Origin: a virus
Lineage: Duplodnaviria > Caudoviricetes
Direction: 5' to 3' (one strand)
IMG/VR virus record: IMGVR_UViG_3300020044_008128
Location: 1 to 58,349 of that record
Length of the DNA: 58,349 nt
Shown: positions 17,603 through 29,600 of the stretch, piece by piece
How positions within the stretch are numbered: the first letter of the stretch is position 1
Layout of the letters: each line of letters opens with the position of its first letter
Position numbers and translations under genes: made by a program
The notes under the pieces: generated by a model
Database searches by the model: none
The model's input: only the letters and a program-made list of their open reading frames with translations
Told to the model about the DNA's origin: nothing

Positions 17603-20600
17603 TCACTTGTAGCGGAGTTGTTTCTTGGCGTAGGCAGTGGCTTCCGTTCCGATGTTACCGAGTGCCTTGGAGGCGGAATCATCGTCCATTTTCTCCAACC
17701 TTGCAAGGTCACGAATCATTGCCTTCTTGATGAACTGCCCACGAACGGCAACGTAATCCTGCCAGTTGGAATCTGACATGACCCCGTTCTTGTTTTCAAG
17801 GGCAGTGCGTTGGGGCAGGCCGGGGGCAATCCCCCTATCCAGAATGAACCCGTAAACCTTCTTGTCGTTACCCGTAGGGGTTCCGGCAACCATGAGCGGG
17901 AAGCCTGCATACCAAGCACGTTCGTTGCCCTCAGTCCATGCGGAGGAAGGGTTCAAACCTTGGGGATCGCCAAGAGCATTGACAGCCCGCTCAGTGAGCA
18001 GGGATCGAGCAATTGGGAGGTTGAGGTAGAGAGAACCTTCACGCCCACGGAACCTGTCTCCGCCAGTCATCAGTTTTTCAACTGAAGAGATCAGACCCGA
18101 GAATGGGATGATGGGGTTGAGCTTGTAGAGAGCCGTTCCAAGAACCTTGGAATCAGGGTCAACTGCCAGAGTCGCTCCGATGGTGGATTTGGCACCAAAG
18201 AAGGCGGCTTGCTTGCTCCAGCCGGAGAGAACTGCTGACATATACTCCGAGAAGTATTGGGCAAACTCACCGTCGTTCTCTTTCCGGTTCAGGCGCATGT
18301 CGTCCATAGCCCCTACCATCAGGAGAGCAATCTTGAGCGGCTCCAAAGGCCCACGCATCACGTTTAGAGAGACGATCTTGTCTCCGACTCGCATTTCAAT
18401 GGAGCCTTGGCGATGCCCAGCTTTTTTCCAAGCATCAAGCTCAGTCTTATTGGTTGGGCCTGTCAGGGTAACATTGAAGAGGTCATCATCCTCATCATCA
18501 CTCAGGGCTTTGAGCGCCATGAGAATGGAGATTGCAGTTGTCCCAACGATGGCTTCCACTAAGCGTTGACGAATCTGCTCGTTGGTAGCCATCGACTGCT
18601 GGTAGAAAGGATTCGGGCCTACCAGCAAGTCTTTGCGGGCTTTGGCTGCAATCGCATACCGGATCAGACCATACGGGGTAAACCACATGGCTCGGTTAAG
18701 AAGGTTAGACGGAATACCAAAGTAACCAAGAAGCATACGCCCCACGATTGGGTGCTTTTTGATCACGTTATTCCCTGCCCCTTGAATGGCGTTCACGATG
18801 TTATTGATCACGTCCAAATTTGGAGAGTCCTCTCCGCGATGAACGCCCATCTCATAAGCAGATTCTTTTTCCACAAACTCAGGGAACTGGACATCTGGAA
18901 GGATGCCCTTGATAGCGGAGTTGATGTCGCGAGCCACATTGTCGCGGATTCGGATGTTGGATAGAGTGCGCTGAAGGCGGGCGGCACCCAGAGCCTGTTT
19001 AACAGCCGTGGCTTGAGACAACAGGTTGCCCTGCGATGCCCGTCGAATATCTCCACGGATGTCTTCTTCAAACTGGCGGGCTTCCACGGTCAGGTTAGCG
19101 TCCAAAGGAGCCGTAACCAGATCAAGGATTTTTGCCTTGGCATCTGGGAGTCCACGGAACCCTTCAATTGCGTTCTCGTAGCGGTGGAGAACACCGAGTT
19201 CATAAGCCAGCCTTGGGCCATAGACATTGGTGCCAGAGAATAGGATAGCTCTTACCTGTTGAATCTTGTTCTGATCCTGAACTCCTGCACGACGCATCAC
19301 CTCAAGGGCTTGAGTCTTTCGGAAGTAGTTGTCCATCATGGAGAACCAAACATGGTCAGTCGCCATGAGGACTCGGCGGGTAACGTCCGTGTAGGACTGC
19401 ACCACGATCATCCGAGCCTTGAGCTTATCAAACGCTGAAGTCTTTGGATCATTGATCTTCTGCAAAGCCTTTACCATTGGCTGCTGCAATGTAGTGGCAT
19501 TCATAATGACTCGCGACCAGTCATTGGTGTTAGCACCACCCGTGATACTGAACTTTACTTCCTGCCGGATGATGGAAGCTGTATCCTGTAACACCTTGAA
19601 GATGTCTTTGACCGCTTGGATGTCTCCGCGAGCGATTGCCGCACCCATGTCAATACCCACGCGAGTCATCAACGCTCCCATTGGGGCAATGATGTTGATG
19701 GCGAGAGTGCCAAGACCACTAAGAGCACTGTTGTTGTAAGAGATGGCAAGACGAGTCAAGAAGCCCATTTCGAGCTTCCGGCGAGCAAGAAGCTCATAGA
19801 GTTCCTTGACGGCAATAGCATAGTCGTGGACTCGCTGATCTGCCTTGGCTTGCGTGATCTTGAGATCGAGTTCACCAAAGGCTTTGTAGTCGCTCGGTTG
19901 CAGGTTCTCGTATCCAGCAGCCTTGGCAAAACTTTTGGTTGGGTCAAGTCGGTCTTTTCCAAGACCCATACGGATTAGCTTTTGCAGCTTCTCCACTTGC
20001 TTCTCCGCCACATTGACGTTGGTGTTCTCAGCTTTCTTCTTGAGTTCGGCCTGCTTGCGGCTGGAGATTTTGATCTCAAACTTCTCCATTGCCTTTACCT
20101 GAGCAGCTACCACATGCTCGTCAAAAGCCGCATCAATTGCCGCAGCAGAGTTGTCCGCAGCTTGTGAGGTATAACCATTGCGCTTCAGCCAAGACTTGAT
20201 GGCTTCAAGGCGTAGCTTTGGGTCGTTCTGAAGAGACGCATCAGAGGTGATGTAGTCAACCAAGACCCCCATCTTGGTCGTGGAAGTTTCCTCTCCTTTA
20301 CGAAGAGAACGCTCAGTCATTGCCAAGTCATAAAGACGATTGGCTTGAGCTTCCGTGGCACCAAAGGCAGCAGCTTGAGTGACAAACAATGGGCGAGTAA
20401 TATCAATGGCGACTAAGTTACGAACCAACTTACGGAGGGTTTCCGAAGGGGTAGGCTTGGCAGCATTGGTTGGCTGCTTGAGGTACTCCTCGTAATTCTT
20501 GATCAGGCGTTCATGGGTTTTATTGATGCTCTCCGAAGCGGCTTGATTCATCTTGGCAACGGTAGTCCCGAAGATGAGAGCTTTGTCCGCATCACTGAAC

Positions 20601-23600
20601 TCAGACATTGCACGGTCAAGTTCAGATGGGAGGATGCCACTGAGGGTTAGCACTTTCCGCAGCGCAGCATCCTGCCAAGCAGCATCATTGATGTCGGCTG
20701 GGTTAGCAGCTTTGATCTGGGAAACCAGAGTCTTGCGGCTACCCGCCAAGAGGGACTCCTTGGTACGGTCCAGCATCCTTTGGAGAGCCGCCTCCTTGCG
20801 GACCAAGTGCTCCCCATAAGTCGCCCTTGCCAGTTCTCCAGCAATTTTGGCAGGCACCTTCAAGGCTTCCACCAGAGGAGTCATGGCATCCACGAAGTCC
20901 TGTTCCTCCAGCTTCTTCTTGTTACGGAGAAACTCCTTTACAAGGGCTTTGAGCTTGACGGTATCCTCAGTCTTGAGGTTGTCCTGAACCTCTTTTTTCT
21001 TTAGGAACCTGTCCGTGATCTCCTCCGCTTCCTTCTCGGCATAGCGTGAAGATGTGCTCCATGCCGTAGCGATGAGTTCCTCCTTCACGGAGTCCTCAAT
21101 ATCAAAAGGTTCGAGTTCTTTGGCGAGATCATCCGCGAAGTACTTGAATACGGTGTGCTTCGGAGTGTTGGCGATGTTGGCGTCCACTGCCTTCTTGATG
21201 ATGGCGTAGATGGTCGGAGCCTTCTTTTCCTTGGAGTACTTCTTCTCCAAGAAGGCTTTGAGGTTGGCGAGGACAGCTTCCGCAGCCTTGGTGGCTTCGT
21301 TCTGGTTCTCCTCCTCTTTCACGTCCTCGACATCCTCCAAGTCTTCTACCTCGCCTTCGGAGGCAGTCGGGATATTGGGAGTTGGGGAAGTGACTTGGGG
21401 GGCAGGTTGTTTCGCGCCAAGAGCTTTGCCAAGCTCCTTGCCAAGCTTGGCGATTTTCTTTCTCGAATCGTCCATAGCTTTACGCACGTCCTCAATAGAC
21501 GCAAAAACCTCCAAAGGCTCTTCAAGGCCGAGATCATCAGAGAGGCTTTGGGCTGCGCTAGACGATGCCTTTTTCTCCTCCATGTCTTTTTCCAACTTCG
21601 CTAGCTTCCCAAGACGGAGGATTTCTTTGGTGTACTCCGACCACTTGCGCTTGATCTCGCCGCCCGTGAATTTGAGAGCTTCGGTGATGCGCTCAGCAAG
21701 ACCGTCCTGCGCTCCAACCTTGATACCCGAGACAGCCTTCTTCAGGTCTTCCAGAGCTTTGGCATCGAGTTCAGCGTTATTGATAAGCTCTTCCACAGAC
21801 CGGAGAGTATTCTCCGCATCCTCGACACCTTCCTCTTGGAGATGCTTGATGGCAGCGGCTTTGGCGGCTTGCTCCATCTTGTACATGGTATCCAAGATTT
21901 CCATCTTGTATGCGGAACGGGATTGGAGCAAACGACCCGCAGAAGAGTGGGTCAGGAAGGCACCCATGACGATGCCATTCCAGTTCTGGCGTAGCATCTC
22001 GAGCAAGCGAGAGTCCCCGTTACGAGCCATCTCAAGCCCCGCTTGGGTGAGCACCATCTGGAGAACCCCAGTAGCTGCGTCAGGTTTACCTTGTTGGTAG
22101 GTGAGGCCAAACGTGCTACCCCTTGCCGTAAGCTGTGTGGCGACTCCAAGGAGGCGATCCACATCATCTTTGCCCACAACCGGACGACCTTTGTCGGAGT
22201 CCAGTCGGAGGTACTCATACGCCAAGCTCTCGGAAGCTGCGATGGACTGCACATCCGCGATGGAGCCTTCCAAGCCGAGAATCTGGGAAAACTTCAATCC
22301 CAGCTCTGGGTTTGCCTCTTTATAGGCTTTCAAAGAGGCTTTCTCCTCGTCATTGTAAGGACTCAGGAGATTGGTTGGAGCATCTGGCAGCGAACCAAGG
22401 TCAGGAGTGGATTCACGGATGTCCGATACTGCTGCGACTGGTTTTTCCATCACTCGAAAACTGTGTTCTCCCACCAGTTCAAGCCCCGAGCGACGAGCAT
22501 ACCTTGAAAATAAAGCTGACTTTCGCGGACTGTTAGCTACAAAAGTATAGGTCACTCCGGGATTTTTTCGAGAATGGATTCGGAGAAGTTGCTCCAAATA
22601 GGGCATCAGAGCGTTCATTGTTTTGAAAGCTCCTTTACCGACGGACTCTCCAATACTGTCCGCCACTGAAAAATGAACAGAGTTGTCTTTCCCTATCATT
22701 ACCGAAGCAACAGTATCCCCAAGCATGAATCGACGATGAATAGATCCATTTTCTTCGTAAATAGTATTGTTGGGCTTGCCCCTATTGCCCGTTTGCAAGA
22801 AAATAGGAAGCCCATATTCGCCTACAGCGAAGGGAACTTGATTCATCGCCTGACTTTGTTCCTTAGTGGCTTTATTATCCTTATCACCAGTGAACTTCGC
22901 CCAATGGGCTTCATAAGCCTCCGTGGAGTTTTCAGGCAGTCCTTCCGGAACTGGGTAATCAACCCCAAGTTGTTGAGCATCAGACAGTCTTTTGCTCGTT
23001 TCTTTGTCCACCGGGGCAACTGATTGGGAGCCACCCTGCGCCCGCTCAGTGAACTTGGCGGCGTTGATAGCCTTGATGAAAATCTGGCCCATGTCTTCCA
23101 AATGCTCATCTGGAATTTGAGCGGACTGTGGCAGACCAAGGGCAGAGTTGATGAAGGACTTCACCCAGCGGAGGAACTTCTGGAGCTTGGTCTTTTCTAC
23201 AAACGAAAGGCTTCCTTTGCGAACAAACAAACCTTCAATCTGGCGAACAAACACTTCTTCCATCGCCTTTTCCTTCACATCCATATCTGTGCGCCAGTTG
23301 GCATAGGCACGATAGCCGGAGACTTTTACCAAACGCTCAATCTGTGCCTCGGTGACATACTCCGAAATCATGGATAACCATGAAGCATGGAGCAGCTTAT
23401 CGGTGCTGTTACGAATGACGGCTGTGCCGTGGTGCATCAACTCATGGAGGATGGTGGATGCTGCGGCAATGTCAGCATTCTTGTGGAAGATAGTCTGCTT
23501 CACCTGATCAATGATGACCACCACTTTACCATTGCTGTAGTAGCCCTGTGCGCCACTGCGGACACTGGCTCTCTCGGCAGGGGTAAGGGACTCGTCTGCA

Positions 23601-26600
23601 AGAAGTTCCGCAGAGGTTGCAAGGCGAACCATGCGACCTGCCATAGGGATCAGTTTGGCAATCAAGGCCAGACCGTTCTTGGCATTCTGTTCGGTGATGC
23701 CGCCAACAATTTTCCCAGCAGGAGGTTGAGTACTTAGATTAAGGCTGTTGGTATTTCCAACTTGGGCTGCAAGACCTCCAACGGGTGGGGTGTCTGGAAT
23801 CCGCTCTATCTCCACGACTTTACCTGTGCTCAGATTGGCTACCCAGTCTTGATTTACAATCTTGTCCGCAGCAATAGTAACCTCCCCACGAACTAGCATG
23901 TTCATGCTGTTGAGGCGTTCGCCCACGCGAGAAGCCAATCCGGCTTCATTGAAGAGATTGTTGGCGAATAACCAGAAGCCGCGAGCAACACTGGTCATGC
24001 CATAGCGAACTGTTCGACCTGCAACCTGTTCCACTTCAGAGGCTCTCCAAGGAAGGTTGAGCATGATTTGGGTGCGCGGATACTTGCCACCCTCACTCGT
24101 ATCGTGGAGGGACAAGCCCGTGCCTCCGCGAGCCATCGTGGCGACCATGATAGGGGCAGGGTTTGGAGAGTCTGGATTCTCCCAGCGGCTCAGAGAGTCT
24201 TGTCCAACTTTTCCTGCTTCGTCGCCAGTGTAGAAAACCACCTGATCCCCAAAGGCTTTCTTGAACTTATCTTGGGCGGACTCAAAGTTGATGCTACCCA
24301 CCCCCTGTTCAATCAGGTTGCGGAACATCTCGATCACGCCGGGGAGATTTGGAACGCCCTCCGGCACCACGAACTGGGCATCACGGTTGACCGCTTTAGC
24401 TGCAAGATACTCGGCTTGCGCGGCATCCCACTTCTCCACGATCTCCACCAAGTTGCGATCACTCTCAGACTTAGTTTCCACAAAGATCACCACCTGACGA
24501 CCTTCGGCAGCTTCTTTACGAGCCAAGTCAATGGCGGCATTGGCTTTAGATGCTTCCAAGATGCGCTTGAGAATGTTGGTGTAGAAACCCTTGTCGTTAG
24601 ATGATGGCTTCTCAACCTTATCAAAGGCAGTCTTGATCTCATCGGCTAGCACACTCCATTCAGCGGAGCCTTTGACCCCTTGGAAAGTAGCTTCTGACAT
24701 GCCATCAGGAATGCGAGCACTGCGCTGAGAGAACATGCCGTTCTTCCGCAGAAACTCGCGGGCATAGAGTTGCCCTGCCTTTTTATCAGCAGGAGTCATC
24801 TTGTCAAAGTCCAAGGAGGACGGCTTACCATCACGTTGCAGCACCTTGGCTCCAGCGATAGCCGCGAAGTTGTACCAACCGTCATCAAACAGCCCACGCA
24901 CTTCTCTCAAGGAGTCAAAGACTCCAGTAGCCTTGAGATACTCCATCTGTTCAATGGATTCATACGGGGTAGCAGTAGTGAGAAGTGTAAACTTTGCTTT
25001 ACTCATCCACTCCGCAGCTTTCTTGGAACGGGAAGAGGTATCGCTCAAGCCGTAGCGGACTTCATGCGCTTCATCAAAGATCAGAACATCCGAATCGGAA
25101 GGCACATACTTGGTGCTGTCGTCCAGATTGGAGTAGGTCATAAACTCGATATTTTGCACTTCAGGGAAGTTGGCAAAATCTTCTTTGACCTGAGCAATGA
25201 GTTCCTGACTACGGGTAACAAATACAATCCGTCCTTCAGGATTCCGGCTGCGGATATTGGCAAGAGCCGAACCCATCACGAAGGTCTTTCCTGTGCCTGC
25301 GCTGGAGGCAAGCAGATACATCGGCTTCCCATCGGCTTGAGCTTTGGAAATCAGCATGGAGTCCCACTGCTGTTCTTCCAAGGCTTGGGAAGGAATCGAC
25401 ACTTTTCCACCTTTAACGGCTTCTTGGCCCAATGCTCGATTCAGGGCACTCTTGAAGAACTCAAAAACCTTGGTGGTCATGTAAGACCTAGCCGTTTTAC
25501 CCGCTGGAGGCTCGCTCTGATTCTCCTGATCCGCCAGCTTCTTGCGCTGCTCCTTCCTGATCTTGTTGATCTTGGAAGCCACAACAGCTTCGTTGCCAAC
25601 AGCGGTGCCGTAGGCTTCATCCGAGATGTTGTGCGCCAACTCAACCACACGGGCATAAGTCTTGCTGACCCAGCCCTTTTGGTTGTCGTAGGAGAAGCCA
25701 TTGGAAACCAAGGCAGCTTTTCCACGCTCCGTAGCGGCTTCACCTTTGGTAGCGATGGCAATTGATCCATCCGGCAGGGTTGTGGCAACGAAGCCAGCAG
25801 CGTTGATGTTGGTTAGCGCATCCGGCAGCTTCTCCTCAAACTTCTTGCGCTCAGAGGCAACCTCTGACTCGCTCATGGCTTGCTCTTTCTTGTAGGCTTT
25901 GTACTCCTCGGTCTGAGAAATCAAGTCACGCAGTTTGTTAATCTGCTCGGTAGTTTCCGCATCAGCGTTGGCGAGAGCAGCAGGCTCAAAGATGGTCTTG
26001 AGGAGGTATTCAGGTTTGAGTCCAAACACTTCGGCAACCGTTTTTCTGCGCTGCTTCCCAAAACCCATTTTCTCTTTCAGAGTCTCGATACTGAGCTTCC
26101 CATTGATAGGCTCGGTTACTGGCTCTTCTTCGATGGTTGGAGTGACTTCCGTGGGCTGCGCCGACTTCGTGGCAGCAGCAACTTCCGTGGCTTGAGCTAC
26201 TTTCGTGGGTTTCACCGACGTTGTGGCGGGAGCGACTTCGGTAGCCTCCATCTGGGCAATCAGCTTTCTTGCTTCTCTCGGCAAAGGGGCTTCCTCAAGC
26301 TCCTCATTGTTAAGGGCAAGCTGATTCCAGACTCCAGAAAGGTAGTCTTTGACGTTATCCCAAAGATCGGGGAACTGATCCCGAACGTCTTGAGCAAAAT
26401 CAGTGAACTTCACAGCCCCGGTTTCAGCGGAGATTTTTGCGAGTTCAAAAGCCGCAGCGAATTGCTCGGAGTCCAAGCCAGCCATACTGGTTCTCCCCAA
26501 AGATTTCCTGAACTTGTCCGCAGCCGCTTGTCTCCGCTTTGCCAAGTCATCAAGTTTTTCTTGGGTGACTTCTTTTCGGGCAAGTCGAGACTTCTGTCTT

Positions 26601-29600
26601 TCAGTTAGCTGTGGAGCCTCCGTGGGCTGCGCCGACTCCGTGGCGGGCGCAACTTCCGTGGCTGGCGCAACTTCCGTGGCTGGCTTCTCCGCAGCAGGTA
26701 TCTCCATCTTGCCTTGATCCTGCTCGGCTTTTCCTGCGCGGGTAGCCGCACCAAGTTCAGCAAGCAAGTCGGGAGCCTGTGGCTTTGCTGTTTCCCCTTT
26801 GTTCTTGGGGCGAGTGGATTGGGTTCCCTCAAGGAGACTTTCAAGCCCAGCTTGTTTCTTGGGAGTCGCTACCTTGGTTACATAGAAAGGCTCTTCCAAA
26901 CTGGCCTTCTGCTCCCCAAAGGTAGGGCTGGTTAAGACGACTCCGACAGGGGTTCCATCCGCCTCGTCATAGGTGATTTCTGTGACAGTAAATTCTTCGC
27001 CCAAGATGGTGTATTTTTTACCAACAACAACCGCAGAGGAAACGATACGCTCTTTATCCTCGGCGGGAGTAGTGACAGCTTCCTCGAAAGCCAAGGTCTG
27101 TTTCTCCTGCTCGTCCATCACTGCTTGTTGTTGGTCTGCAATGCTTCCGGCTTTGCGCTCCTTGCTGGCTTTGACCATCGCCTCAATCAAGGCATCCGCA
27201 TTTGGTGCGGAGATGAAGTTCGCCTCAAACGCTAAATTGGCAACAACATCAATCGTGTTGGAGTCAAAGGGCATCGTGTCCGAAACCGTCCAAAGTTTGG
27301 CTTTCTCCCCTTCATCAAGCTCAACATCCCGTAAAGGGTCGCGTTCTCCGCCAACGGATTTCCCAGCTTTTTTCTCAGCAGCTTTGAACTTTGCACTCGG
27401 CACAACCATGTCCGAATCAGCCACAAAATTGAGGATGTCGGGCTGCTGCGTATTGGGGTTGTCTGAGAAGCGGGAAGTTTTGCGGTAGCTTTTTGGCTTC
27501 TCGACGGGGGCTTCCTTTTCCTTCCGAACAGAAATTGTCTCCCCCTTTTTGAGAGTGTTAGCAATCTTGTTGGCAAACACCTTACCAAACTTGTCCGCTA
27601 GGGAGCCAATGGCAAACTCATTTTGCAGAGCTTCCAAGGAGAGATAACTGGCTTTGTAAACTCGCCCATCACTTTCACGGTGCTGCCATTCAACATTCCC
27701 ATTGGGGAGCATCTTTGCCGTGTACTCTTCGGGGATAGCCATTTTACCCTTGGGGACGACAGCCTTCTTAGCCTCGGGCGCGGGGGCTACTTCCGCCACC
27801 ACTGGAGCGGTAGCAGGTGTCGCCAAATCCTTGGCGATCTTTTTGGCGGCATTCTTTGCTGGGGTGAGGTTCCCAAATTCCTGAACAAACTCTCCCGCCG
27901 CATTATAGATGGCATAGAAGTTCTTGGCTTTGGGGTTAGCACGGCTTGGTTCCTGCTTGATCACGCCCACTTGGGCGCGCCCAACCATGATCTTTTGATC
28001 TTGCGCTGTTCCAGCAGGGCGAGGCTTGGTATCTGCAACAATTTTGACTTCCTCAGAAGGAGCCACCTCTGTAACCCGAACAGTCGGAGCCTGTGCGGGC
28101 CTAGCCATGACGGTAGGCTTGGCGGCAACTCTGGTGGTAGTGACGGCTTTCCTTTCGGGAGCTACTGTTTCCTCAAATGGTTGTCCTTCGATAGGTTGGG
28201 CTTCTATCGTTTCGCTAGAACTTGGCGTAACGCGACCACTACTGGGGGCCGAGTCTTGGGCTGTGGGGGCGGGTATGCTGCTTGGAAGATCACTTTGAAT
28301 TTTGGCATTTGGGGCGGGGAGCGGGGTTTCATCCTCGTATGGTTGCCCTTCGATAGGTGGGGCTTCTACTACATCATTGGCGGCACGCACAGCTTCTGCT
28401 TTACGCACTTGCTCCTCATAGGCGCGAATAGCCGCCGCTTTTGCCTCTTGGAATTTGTCTTCTTCAGTAGGCACATAGAACTCCTGCCCTTCAATCGGAG
28501 GAGCTTCCGCTGGAGTAGCAGCCGCTTCCACGGCAGTCTGCACCAAAGCATTCTGAACCTGCGGGGCATTTGCATCTGCTAAAGCTGCGGCAGTTGCAGC
28601 AATCTCTTCCGCCTTGGCTTTCTGGGCTTTGACGTATTGATCTTTGGCAAGACCAACCAAGCCAGCACCGCCACCCATGAGAGCAGAACCAAAGAGTGTA
28701 GCGGGAGCAATCTCCTCAAACCCTTTAGCGATGCCAGCGGCTCCGGCATACGGGTTGGCAACTTCATCTGGATTCTTGCCTGCCAGAATAGCTTCCATCT
28801 TGGCTTGATCCCAGCCTTGCCCACCGACCTGAGTAGCGGTTTCGCCTGCGAGTTCTACGCCAACGTCGGCGGCAACCAAACCTGCTTTGGTGAGCGCTCG
28901 TTTTGCCAAAGTGGTGGCGACTTCCTTGCCAATATCTTTGAAGAGGAGCTTGCCAACGCCCATTGTGAACACGTTGCCAATAGCTTCTGGGCCTGCTTCC
29001 CACAGAGCAGTATTCTTGGCAATCGGGAGAAGTTGGGCGTGGAGAGCTTTCTCTTCGTCTTTGTCCAGAGGGCGACCCTTTTCCTGAACGGACTTTTCGT
29101 TTGCCAGCGCGAAGGCATCGTCCAAGAAGGAAGCCCCTGCCATGCGGTAGGCAGCGGCTCCAGAAGAAGCCAAGCCTCCAATAATACCTACGGCGGTGCC
29201 AATAGCGGAGCCAGCGACTGCGCCGGGGGCCACGCCAACACCACCAGCGGGAGCCGTAGCTGCTCCGCCAATAGCGGCACCAATAGGCAAGCCTGCGGCT
29301 TCGCCAGCAGCCCCACCAAGAGCAGCGGCTCCCATCGCAACACCGGAGAAACCAGAACTGTTGCTGAACTCGCGTCCAGCACTTCCAACTGAAGTCGCCA
29401 ATCCTTGAGCTTCGCGTTGAGCTTGATCCGCTTGAACGGCTTCGTCAGCCGCCTTCTTCTCCGCCATAGCATCTCGGTAGCCTTGGGAACGCTCGCTGGG
29501 CATAGCCAAGCCTTCCTTGAGTTGGTAGGCAGCAGCCTTGACATTGGTGGGCAGGTTACTGGCAATGGTGCCAAGAGCGTTGAGGGTATCTCCAAAACCA

